DNA from: Setoptus koraiensis
Taxonomy: Eukaryota > Animalia > Arthropoda
Direction: 5' to 3'
DNA length: 64,000 nucleotides
NCBI GenBank assembly: GCA_048013815.1
Contig: CM106585.1
Span: forward strand, 18,228,001-18,292,000
Each line of letters opens with the position of its first letter. Position 1 is the first letter of the stretch. The notes beneath the pieces were generated by a model, which saw nothing but the letters and a program-made list of their open reading frames with translations, ran no database searches and had not been told where the DNA came from. Below, in pieces: positions 11,441 to 22,278 of the stretch. The position numbers were made by a program, and so were the translations under genes.

Positions 11441-14400
11441 TTATTGAGGGTCCCCACTCTCCGCCAACTTCTTGCTTTGAGCGTCAGAAGCAGCAGCATC
11501 ATCGTCATTAGTCTGCATCGGCTCACTAACATTAACTGGCAACTCATTGACGTCCATCGGTGCCTCGTCCCCCTGCCCCCTCATATTGGTCGCGTCAATC
11601 TCTTGGACCAATGCTGCTGATTGGCTATTATCCATCTCTGCACTTTGGGTCGCTGATGGCGCTTGATCGACGTTGCTACGGGCCTCCTCATCTAACAGCG
11701 CGCTTCTTTTTGTGTAGAATTTGTTCAAAAACTCTATAACATTCTCAGTTTTGCCATCCAGTTCCACGATCGGGCCCCTTAATTCTTCGTTCAATCTTCT
11801 TTCGGTGGGGTAGGTCTCTTCGGGTTGCAGACACAACTTAAATGGTTTTTGGCGAAAATATTCTATTGAATGCCTCAATTCAAATGAGTTCATGAACAGG
11901 CCCACTCGGGCAAAAACATATAACCCTAGCCTTGCACGAGACATGGCCACAACAAGACGACGAATATCGCGCAAATGACCTATTGTTTTCGTTCTCACCA
12001 ATGACAATAATATGTAATCATTTTGCTGGCCCTGATATTTATCCACTGTAGTAACCTTGTGCGGTTTGCCCAAGAGAACATCGTTGGCGCATCTTCTATC
12101 CACTATCTCCCTCAACAACTGCTTCTGACCATTGTAAGTTGTCAGTATAGTTATCTTTTCTTTCGGATAACCCAACAGGCGCATATAGATATACACAGCA
12201 ACCACATACTCGGCTTCGCCAAGATTCTGATAATAATAAGGCATTGGTGTTGTTTCACCTACATTGTTGTAGTCCTCTACGTCGACCAATTGATATTCAT
12301 AAACAAAGCCCGCGTTTGCCAGGCCATACTCGGGACGCTGAGAAATATGGGGTAGATCTCTGAGATCTTTATATCTCCATCTGTATAGATCACAAAGGCT
12401 CTGTCTAGCACGACCCTGTCCATCGAGATCAATTGTTGGGACGCCTAGCCTAACAAATCGTGCAAACAATGATTGTTCCATGTTGCTGAATTTTTGAAAT
12501 GCAGTATTCTGTATTATTGGCGGCAATTGATTCTGATCGCCAATCATTATCCAACGCTTTAACCTATTATACCCGTGCTCGGGATTCTGTAAGAGCAATG
12601 GTATAGTAGTTTCGATCTCTAAAATTTGGGCAGTTTCCTCCATGAGTATATTGTCATATTGAAAGTTGAGATCCACTAGTTCCTTCCGACGAAGTCCGGC
12701 GTGGGTGCATGTCATAGCAATTATTTTAGCCTCTCGTATCAATAAATATTTACTCCTATCAGATCCAGATTTAAACAATTCAAATGCTCTAAAATCTTCA
12801 AGCTGACTGAAGATCTTCTTAATGTACCTATAGCAACCCTTTGCCACTTCCAAATCTTTTTCTAATGACTTACGCTCAAATAATGGTTGTGGCGCATCTT
12901 CGAAAAATTTCATGAACGGAAAATGATCTGATACATCATTGACGGTGATATCTTGTTTTCTCAGTATAGCAACATACTCCTCCCAACGAGGTAAGATGTG
13001 ATAAAATTGAAAATAATTTGCCGTTTCACAGGTAAAAGTCTCTTGAGTTTCTATATCTAAACTTTTGGCCAATTTTTGACATTGCAAAAGAAGTTCAAGG
13101 CGCTTGGTCAGGACATATTCTACTCTACCATATCGACTGAAATTCTTGTCTGATTGTAGACCTTCTTCTCCATGACCGAGCCTAAGTAGATGACGTTCTT
13201 CAACATCCAAATCGATCAACTTCTCGAATATCTGGTTTAGAGCTTGATTTGAGTGTGTCACAATTAGTGTTCGCTGGTGAGGGTAGGAGTGGTATAATGT
13301 AGACAATATTTGTACTGCCACATCAGTTTTACCTGTACCTGGCGGTCCTACAACCATTGTTAGTCCGGGTTGTAGACCTGATGTGATGGCTCGAATCTGG
13401 GTTGGAGTAAATCTTATCACGTTTTTTTTCGGTATTACAATTGGATACGGTCCGCGTGATGGCAATGAGTAAGACTCTACCTCGATGCGTTTCTCTTCCT
13501 CACGAAAATAGACCCTAAAGGGAGGCTCGAGCTTGGCATTCTCACCATTGACATTATCACATCTTCTCTCGGACAAAGAATATCTGTCTTTGAAGGAATC
13601 CACTAGATGTTCGTAATCCAAAAAGGTATCAAAGTAGTCGATTGTTTGTAGCCTATTTTCCATGTTGGAATAGTGAGCTGCATCAGGTCGGCCATGACCT
13701 ATGAGTAAATCATTCAGCCATTCTGGTACAACAAATTTGGTGTTCATCAGGTCCCGGATGGTTTCCAAAACACCTTTGAAGTTATTCTGCTTGGGTTTTC
13801 TTCTGACTATAACGTTGAATGTTGAATATATATTCTCTCCTTGGGGAGTGGAATGGTCCATGTCTGCTTTGTATTGATTGCAATCTAATCTGACAAGGTA
13901 AGTCCTGGTGTCATTCTCGAAGAAAGGCTTCTCTAGATTTTCATCAACTAGTTTACCATTGTGATCCAAAAGGCCCTCGATCTCACATCCTCTGACATAA
14001 GTGAGACCTACTTGAGGAATAAAATCCTCTTTGGGGTTGTAGCGGACTTTGCTATCCTGATTAGTTGGCCTCAAGGTAACTAGAAAACATACGTCATGCT
14101 TCCTCAGTTGTTGCCATTCTGATTTCCATTCGTATTTCATATGTTCTAGGTTTATCATTACTTTAGCACGAACTTTAGATGGACACTGATAACCCAGTTT
14201 GGGTTTTCCAACTTCCAGGATGGAAAAATCTTGTATGGGTGATGCCATACGCGTCTTGGCACCAAAAACTGTCTTAAGCTCTTCATTCTTATAGCTTCTC
14301 AGCCTTATCAACGCGTCCTCAAGGTCTTGTCTGATACCATATGTGGATTCCAGTCGAAACAAAATGAAGTTTCTCAGTAAATAATCGTTGACTGTTAAAA

Positions 14401-15706
14401 ACTGAAGATTAAGTTTTGGCAATGACAATGAAGATTCATAATTGTAGTATTGATCCGGAACAAGGTTCCTATCCCAAACTACCGCCTCTGTGGGATAGAG
14501 TGGCATTGAGTTAATCTTCTGCAACTGGAATGTTGTTCTTTCGTAACGGTTCACAACTAGATCAAGCAACAGTCTTCTATTATTTCGATCGTCCTCATCC
14601 AAACTTGACTCGTCGCCTATGTGGACACACTTCAGCAACTCAAAGAGCTTTTCGTTGGATAACATATCCATATACCTCACCAATTGGGCTCTAGTATCGA
14701 TGGCGCTAACAGATTTTAGAGAGAATTCCTTGAGATCTTCAAATTTTTTATAAATAGTTTTCTGCAATGACAATATTCTCTTTTCGTGTTCCATCATAAC
14801 CTCCGTGTTGCTCAGTTGGTTTCCTGTGATGAAATCCAACTCAAACTTGGTGTAAAATTGTAGCATATCTACAAGTTGCGAAAATAAGCGGCCATCATTT
14901 GTCCTCAATGCGAGATGCGATTCCTGACAGCGAACGACAATGTTCAGGTGATCTAAAATGGCGTTGAAGAATCGCCTAAGGGGCAGTTGAGATTCAAGAT
15001 CAATGAGAAATTCAATGAATCTCTCACAATAGTTGATAACACTCCTGTCTGAATCATCCAAATCTGGCTTCTCTTGTTGGGATGGAATTGTGTAAAGCAA
15101 CTGAATGAATTGTTTGACATAATTTACTAAGAAATTTCGTTCGTACTGCTCAATGGCCAATGTGTTTGGGGTCAATTTTGCATCACGTTTCTGTATTTGG
15201 TTCCACTTTTTTTGTAGACGCTGCCTGAACTCGGGAACCTTCTTGAATTCCTCTTGTCTTCTGTGATCAGACAAATTTATCCAAATTGGAAATGACAGAA
15301 ACTTTTCAATTTGTTGGCGAACAAAGTCCACCTCGAATCCATTGAAGGCGTAATCCAAGAAACTAAGTATGGCTATCCTTTCAGGCGGTTGCAAAATTTC
15401 ATGCTCTTTCTGAATGATCGAGTCGGACAGGGCCAGCCGTGTAACTGCCTTAAAAAATGCCGCGAATAGATTTTTTTGCTCATCTTCGTTATACTTTTCC
15501 AATTTGAAGTATGGCCAGGCCTCAATTTTTTCATAGAAAGATCTATTGCATCTGTTTACGATGGCCAGAGTATGTTTCTTGATGTCTCTTTTCAATTGTT
15601 CATCATCTGCGAAACTCGCGGATATTAAATCGAACTCTTGTCTTCCATGAAACCATTCCAAGTTCAGCGCTATCGGCGATTCTATGCCGGCTATGGGTAG
15701 CTTCAT
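11441..15706 (-). CDS. AQR: Aquarius (intron-binding SF1 RNA helicase), 1421 aa, single exon
   Basis: Hallmarks LPKLNLQFLTVNDYLLRNF, Walker A GPPGTGKTD, THSNQALN, MEETAQILEIET, IGDQNQLPP, TVDKYQGQQNDY, VAMSRARLGL. Confidence 0.98.
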   Translation of the reverse strand: MKLPIAGIESPIALNLEWFHGRQEFDLISASFADDEQLKRDIKKHTLAIVNRCNRSFYEKIEAWPYFKLEKYNEDEQKNLFAAFFKAVTRLALSDSIIQKEHEILQPPERIAILSFLDYAFNGFEVDFVRQQIEKFLSFPIWINLSDHRRQEEFKKVPEFRQRLQKKWNQIQKRDAKLTPNTLAIEQYERNFLVNYVKQFIQLLYTIPSQQEKPDLDDSDRSVINYCERFIEFLIDLESQLPLRRFFNAILDHLNIVVRCQESHLALRTNDGRLFSQLVDMLQFYTKFELDFITGNQLSNTEVMMEHEKRILSLQKTIYKKFEDLKEFSLKSVSAIDTRAQLVRYMDMLSNEKLFELLKCVHIGDESSLDEDDRNNRRLLLDLVVNRYERTTFQLQKINSMPLYPTEAVVWDRNLVPDQYYNYESSLSLPKLNLQFLTVNDYLLRNFILFRLESTYGIRQDLEDALIRLRSYKNEELKTVFGAKTRMASPIQDFSILEVGKPKLGYQCPSKVRAKVMINLEHMKYEWKSEWQQLRKHDVCFLVTLRPTNQDSKVRYNPKEDFIPQVGLTYVRGCEIEGLLDHNGKLVDENLEKPFFENDTRTYLVRLDCNQYKADMDHSTPQGENIYSTFNVIVRRKPKQNNFKGVLETIRDLMNTKFVVPEWLNDLLIGHGRPDAAHYSNMENRLQTIDYFDTFLDYEHLVDSFKDRYSLSERRCDNVNGENAKLEPPFRVYFREEEKRIEVESYSLPSRGPYPIVIPKKNVIRFTPTQIRAITSGLQPGLTMVVGPPGTGKTDVAVQILSTLYHSYPHQRTLIVTHSNQALNQIFEKLIDLDVEERHLLRLGHGEEGLQSDKNFSRYGRVEYVLTKRLELLLQCQKLAKSLDIETQETFTCETANYFQFYHILPRWEEYVAILRKQDITVNDVSDHFPFMKFFEDAPQPLFERKSLEKDLEVAKGCYRYIKKIFSQLEDFRAFELFKSGSDRSKYLLIREAKIIAMTCTHAGLRRKELVDLNFQYDNILMEETAQILEIETTIPLLLQNPEHGYNRLKRWIMIGDQNQLPPIIQNTAFQKFSNMEQSLFARFVRLGVPTIDLDGQGRARQSLCDLYRWRYKDLRDLPHISQRPEYGLANAGFVYEYQLVDVEDYNNVGETTPMPYYYQNLGEAEYVVAVYIYMRLLGYPKEKITILTTYNGQKQLLREIVDRRCANDVLLGKPHKVTTVDKYQGQQNDYILLSLVRTKTIGHLRDIRRLVVAMSRARLGLYVFARVGLFMNSFELRHSIEYFRQKPFKLCLQPEETYPTERRLNEELRGPIVELDGKTENVIEFLNKFYTKRSALLDEEARSNVDQAPSATQSAEMDNSQSAALVQEIDATNMRGQGDEAPMDVNELPVNVSEPMQTNDDDAAASDAQSKKLAESGDPQ

Positions 15707-16208
15707 GGTTAAAAATCAAATAAATAATAAAATATTCGTCGGATATCAAGTGATAATAGGGTCAGAGAGAAGCCAAAGACAAATTTTGCTGCAATGGCCG
15801 ATACACCGATAAAACAACAACAACTGAAAAGTCGCCGACCATGTGTTTTCCAGAGATGGGCGTAACACACACCCGGCGCATACCTTTCTCTTTTCATCTC
15901 TGTCCATAGAAAATATTGGTATTTATTCCAGCTATAATCTGTACAATTATGTATCATATAAAAATATATTTTTTTACTATCATTGATAATAATAATACTA
16001 CATGAACAGTATAATATTATTATCAACACTGTTGTAACATTGTATCACAACAATTAAACCTGATCAACTGTTACAATTATCAACATTAATAGACACAACA
16101 ACTATTATTGGTGGGAACTCATATTCAGAAAGCGGATAGGATAATAATGATAAGTCTTTTACTATTTTATATCCAACAACCACAATAGCAACAACATTAG
16201 CAACAATT
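15707..16208. promoter_or_regulatory. Probable bidirectional promoter between divergent AQR and LST8
   Basis: Head-to-head ATGs about 500 bp apart with an AT-rich spacer; inferred from geometry only. Confidence 0.5.
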
Positions 16209-17633
16209 ATGAATGACCAACAACAACAACAATTACTGCAGCAACATCAACGCAACCAAGAGCAACAACAAACTCCTGTAGCCGAGGATGACGTTATTCT
16301 GGCGTCTGGCAGCTATGATCACACTATAAAATTTTGGACACCTCACAATGGAAAATCATCACGTACTATTACGCATCAAAATTCTCAAGTAAACGATCTC
16401 AAAATAACGCCCGATCGTACCTTTTTGGCCGCGGCCGGCTTCCAACACATTAGATTGTATGATTTGATATCTATGCAAAACAACCCCGATATCAATCTAG
16501 AGGGTTTCAGTAAGAACGCTGCCTCAATCGGATTCTTTCAACGTGACTCAAGATTTTTGTATAGCGGTGGAGAGGATTGTATCACGCGCGTTTGGGATAT
16601 TAGAACAAAGAATCATCAATCACAAAAGATGCACTTATCGCCGTCGGCTGTCAACTCTGTGAGATTAGGTATTAATCAAGTAGAATTATATATTGGACAA
16701 CAATCGGGTCATATTAGTGTATGGGATATCAGAACTAATTCCACCATGACCACACAAATTGATCAACATGATAGAATAGACTCAAATGTTTCCGTTCAAG
16801 GTATATCATTGAGTGCTGATGGAAAACTATTGGCAGCTGTAGATAATATTGGTTATTGTCATATCTATTTAGTTAGAGGCTCAACAACATTGGACGCCTG
16901 TAATACTAGCAACTATCTTAATTCCTCCTCTCAATTATCAACATCTCTATCTGATACAATAGATACTGCATCATCACCGAGCTCAGCTTCATCGCCCGTA
17001 TCACCATTGTCGACTGGTTCGACATCATCGTTTCAAACCTTCAAAAGATTGAAAAAATGGAAGGCCCATACGAGTTATGTTTTGAAATGTCTATTTAGCG
17101 ACAACAATGCCTACTTGGTTACAACTAGCGCGGATAATAAGGCCAAAGTGTGGAAAGTACAAGATTTATTAAAAGACAACAATCATATGAATTCAGCTAA
17201 TTTAACAACCACAATACCTAATGCAACAACAACAATACCAACTGCAACAACAACATCAACAACTGCACCAACGATTGCTGCAACAACAACAACAACTAAT
17301 TTAGCCACAACACCTGTCACGCTGACACCTACATGCACCTTAAATTCTACCACCAATAGTCACAGTAGCCACACGACTAACAGTAATATTATTGATTCTA
17401 ATATTATCAATATTGCAGCTGAAAAAGAGCAACCACTAACCCCCTTCGTTGAATTGACAGCAGAAAATCAACGCTGGGTCTGGGACGCTGCCTTCTCGGC
17501 GGATTCACAATTTCTATTTACAGCCTCGTCAGATAACTTAGTCAGATTATGGGATGTTAAGACAGGAGAAGTGAGGAGAGTCTACGTGGGACATCAAAAA
17601 CCAGTCACTGCATTAGCTTTCTCAGATTGTTGA
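16209..17633 (+). CDS. MLST8: Target of rapamycin complex subunit LST8 (WD40), 474 aa, intronless, with low-complexity inserts
   Basis: VILASGSYDHTIKFW, QVNDLKITPDRTFLAAAGFQHIRLYD, RWVWDAAFSADSQFLFTASSDNLVRLW, GHQKPVTALAF match LST8. Confidence 0.95.
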   Translation: MNDQQQQQLLQQHQRNQEQQQTPVAEDDVILASGSYDHTIKFWTPHNGKSSRTITHQNSQVNDLKITPDRTFLAAAGFQHIRLYDLISMQNNPDINLEGFSKNAASIGFFQRDSRFLYSGGEDCITRVWDIRTKNHQSQKMHLSPSAVNSVRLGINQVELYIGQQSGHISVWDIRTNSTMTTQIDQHDRIDSNVSVQGISLSADGKLLAAVDNIGYCHIYLVRGSTTLDACNTSNYLNSSSQLSTSLSDTIDTASSPSSASSPVSPLSTGSTSSFQTFKRLKKWKAHTSYVLKCLFSDNNAYLVTTSADNKAKVWKVQDLLKDNNHMNSANLTTTIPNATTTIPTATTTSTTAPTIAATTTTTNLATTPVTLTPTCTLNSTTNSHSSHTTNSNIIDSNIINIAAEKEQPLTPFVELTAENQRWVWDAAFSADSQFLFTASSDNLVRLWDVKTGEVRRVYVGHQKPVTALAFSDC

Positions 17634-20600
17634 TTGAATTGTTGGAAAGCCTAAACAAAGTGAAGTGTACGTGTTCTAAAATGTTGAAAAATTTAACAGA
17701 TTTGCATGTTTTAGTGCAGATAAAACAAAAAATTCGCCCCTCCCATCCCCCGTGCCCTATACTACACATTGGCCTTTTTCACATCATTTGAACCAAACCA
17801 AATCCAAGATAGTGTTTACTGGCATGTGTGTCTAGTTGTTACTATAGCAATTTTTACACTTATCTACGTCTATACTTTGTATACTATAGACGGGTCACAC
17901 TTTTAATATCGAGGTTCATTTATTGCGGAACTATTTTTCGGTACAACATCTTGCAAATTAAACCGAGGGATGTCCATTCTGTTTCAATGACACCGTGTTA
18001 TTTGTTTGCAAGTTTAAATTGCTGAACAACAAAATGTAGCGGTTTGCGGCAGTGGTCAACACCGCTACAGTTTATTGACCATCTAACCTGATTCAGATGC
18101 ATCGCATGACAGATACGAATATTTATCGCACATTGAATTGAATCGAGCTGGAAGAAGCTCTTTAAGTAGCTCGGTCGTCATTTCGTTGGTTTGCATAATC
18201 AAAACTGGAGTAGGTTGGCCGTCATGGGTGAAACAAAGTGCTCCGATAGCGAGTATTCTGTAGTTAGGTGTAGTGAATCGAGAAATTGATTGCAATAATG
18301 AGCCCCGAATCGCGTATTGATGCGTTTAATGAGGGCACCTTTCGGCTGTGATCATTATTTCGACTGTGGCAGCCAAAAGCAAACAACAACAACAGCAAAT
18401 GGGCAACAATTAGTTTGGACTTGAAAACTGTTTCGTTGTGAGGAAGTGTGTATGTTTATATAAATCATGTGATTGTCTAGAAAATATTATTATTATTGCA
18501 TGCACATAATGATGATCCATAATGGCATCGGCCAGTGATCGGTCATCCATCGGAGATGTCTTGGCGAGACCGCAAAATGGTCTAGATTTTCTCATCATTT
18601 CGAGTCTGTGAGCGGTAATGGCATGGAGCATCGACTTGGCGATGGCGCTCAGAAGGCTCGACAAAGTGATGGCGCGACGGCGTTGAAGCAGGAAATGCAT
18701 GCTGCGCCATGGATATAGATGGAGAAGTGAGCAAAAATGGCAATAATAATAACAATAACAACAAAAGCAACAACAACAACAACAAGTGTACAGGGCGAGT
18801 TATTTTCTATATTAAGCAATTACGCAATTATGACAATCATTGCCACCACCAACAGAATGTTGTATCAACCTTGTAAGCAGCAACAGCGGCATAAAAACAA
18901 TAACAGCACTACGTTCAAATTTACCTGTTGTGTGTCAAGATCATTGTCTTTTGGCCAGAGAGCAGCGAGTTGACCTGGTCAACTGTTTGTATTTACAGGT
19001 GTACGTTAGTAAGACACTGGATTGCCGAGCGACAACACGACACGATAATGTATAGCCAATCCTCACATATATGTGTATGTATGAAGATGAGATATATGTA
19101 TGTATCCGGCTGATGCAAAAATAAATAAAAAAGGTACCGTTGCTCGGCTGACCACTGCATTACCACTAGTAGTCGCATATACATGAGTGTAGTGTGGCAC
19201 TGAGTGGTGCACCCCGGAGTTGTTATCGTGTGCATTGATCTGGCTAATCATCTCATATTTTTATCAAGACGAAACAGCAATTTCATGCCGGCTGAATACG
19301 AGCGATTACATGCAAGCGGGCGAGCGAGCAAGCGATATCAATTTGGTGGCATTTGCAGGGTCGCGTTGCGTGCCTTTGGTGTCGTTTTATAAGGTATATA
19401 ACTATGATAACTATGGTTTTAAATAACTATGATGTACACAACACTATGATGTAAGAGAATTCGTGTCGTTCAACAGTCGAATAGTTCAATGAGTACAAAA
19501 TTCCAGTTTCAAGATGCTCGCCACCGGCAAAAACTGGCCGGTACCCGGCCGATAATCACACACTTGTCCCCAGCCGGACACTTGTTTGTTTTGGCGCCCG
19601 GCATCACGTTCAAACGATCTGCTATTGTGTGCCCAATTAACATGGGGCATATCTGAGGAAATTCGCATTCACAGTTTACATTTGCTGGCTGCACCATATC
19701 CGCACTAAATCCTCGCCATACTACCCCCATAGTGCCCCTATGGTACCCACACCAAAGTCACAGAGAGAGAGAGAGAGAGAGACAGTGATTATGCATGTTG
19801 GCCGGATGGCGCGTTTATGATAAAATGTTTATAAATAAATATCGATTGGGACGCAATTGAGAGAATACAGTTGTTCAAATTACAGGCACTGTTGTCATAT
19901 TTACACACAACACAATTATTACCAATTATACGTTTATACACGGTAGTTGATGTGGTTGATGTTTGACGGTTTTATGTACACACACAATTATTAAATTGAA
20001 ATTGAAATTAAATTATTTTATGTTGAGTGGTGATCAGTCACGCTAATGAGTGACCCCATCCTAGTGATCCTAATGAACGGGCCAATGCACTCGGCCGCGA
20101 GCGAGCGGTTGTTGTGGCGGCGCTCGAGCCGATCGGGCACCGGTCGCGGGCGCTCAGTAGAGGCGCTCGTCTATGTGATGCTTCACCTGGAACCGTTTGC
20201 GTTTCCACACCCAACTGCCCAGACACAGTATGACGGACAGTAGTTGTATGAGACAGAATCCGGCCGATGCGAGAACCAGCGAGTATCTTGTGGTGCAAAA
20301 CATTTGCGTGGGATCGCCGCCCTTGTAAAACGACGACACTGCTCGACGGGACACGCCGGGATGGGAGAGACGGCGGGCGATGGGAGAGACGGAGACGGGA
20401 GAGACGGCGATGGGAGAGATATTATTATTATTATTATTATTGTCGGTTTTTTTGTTATTGCCTAGGCACAAGCTAGTATCGGATATGCGGACGGCGGGCA
20501 TTAGATATGGTGCGCATGTTATCATTGTTTTGTTGTGCGATTACGCAAGATTATATGCTAGGCAAATTGTTTCTAGACGAGCGATGAATCGGTGATTGTA

Positions 20601-22170
20601 TCGGTCAGTGGCTGCAGCGGCAGCCAACTATGAACTAGGAAGTGCTGACCACCGTAGACAAGTGAAAGGTGCCGAAACATAAACAACAACAACTATTCAT
20701 GACCGTGAATCGGGCGCCAGTTGCGAGTGTCTACCTGAGCGGTGGTGACTACTAGTCACTGACTAGACTCTAGCGGCCAATTGAATCGTCCGCGCGACTG
20801 GGCGCTTTTGTGCCGGCTTTTTGCTTATCGCCGAGATGAGTTATTGCAGCGTATTTCAGCGAGCGGCCCGGCCGGGCCGATTTGCATCGGCCCGGCCGAC
20901 TGCCGACACAGAGCGGTCAGCAGTCATATGTGAGTATTGACAGGTACTACCGAACAGGTATGCGGTGCGGCTGACATGAAGCCATATCACGCTACCATTA
21001 TTATTGTGATTGTTGTTGTTGTTGTTGGCGCGGCTGGTGTCGTTGCTGCGCCATGGTCGTGGCCGGCAAATGTGCATGACACGACGGCACCCCGGCCTCG
21101 ACCTTAACTGTCGGCCATCTGACAGCGTCCGTGCTGTTGCAACAACAGCTGACCGACTCACTGACATTGGCGCTGCCCGATGACGTAATTTGGCCGCTTG
21201 GCTCGCTCATCTTGCATAATACCGGCCCGCTAGTTGGCCACGGCGCTCGGCGCCATTTTTACATTAGCGTCGCCGGCGCGGCCGCCGCCGCAGCATTGCT
21301 GTCAGCTCATAACTGTCGGCAATCAACTGGCCAGTGGCCAGTTGATTTTCGTCGAGTTTCAGCCTCAAGTCGTCAGCCTCAAGTAGACTCACGATGGCGC
21401 TCACAAATGAGCGAGTGTGTCGTGGCCGAAATTACCTTGCCCTGATCGTGTCAGTTATTGAAAACTGGCGGCGACATTGGCCAGCCAGCGATGACAGTAG
21501 CAGAGCGGCAAAAACAAGAGCAAATTGCACTTGTTTGACACTGACAAGTGTGTGCTGTTGTTGTTGTTTCTGTCATTCACGACCACGCTTGTTTACATGT
21601 ATAAAAGTGCCGTTATGTGTGAATATCGTGAGCGTACTTGACGTACACGACCCCACTGACACTGTGCAAGTGCAAAAATAGGAAGTATGCTCAGCCCGAC
21701 GACGCAACAGCGCCAACAGCAACAAACAGCGGTACTAGTGCCGATGTTGTTATTGTGACCGGAGATGGCCGGACGTCACACGAGAGCATCGACGTTTGTG
21801 TTGCTGTCGTGTTTGTTGGTCGGCGCGTCCCATCCGACAATCTTGTGGGCAGCAACGGGGGCGCATCTCGCTGATCGCCGGCCCGTTTACAAGGTTTACA
21901 AGGCTTCATAGGTGAGTGAGTAAGGGGTGCCTATGAGCTGCGTGTGTAAGGCATCAATTACGCAAATAATAATCATGTTTGTGCGACTAACACCCACAAC
22001 AGAGACGCACGCAAAACAATGCGATCGCAATCGGTCAGCACTACTCATCGCATCACATGTGAGCATCGATGTGGCACCGCTTGCTGTAACGGTCAGTTGT
22101 GTCCAGCAAAGTTGCGGTGCTTACAAGGTGCTTACCATGTTAGTTGCATGGTAGCCATATGCTACTATTA

Positions 22171-22278
22171 GTCTGATCATTGGTCTGATCATTGGTCTGA
22201 TCATTGGTCTGATTGTTGGTCTGATTGTTGGTCTGATTATCGGTCTGATTATCGGTCTGATTATCGGTCTGATTATCG
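22171..22278. repeat. 12-bp minisatellite, 9 units in three variant blocks
   Basis: 3x gtctgatcattg, 2x gtctgattgttg, 4x gtctgattatcg. Confidence 0.9.

Noticed and set aside
19486-19668. VSGWGQV motif suggesting a trypsin-like protease
   Set aside because: No catalytic His, Asp or GDSGG motifs in the region.
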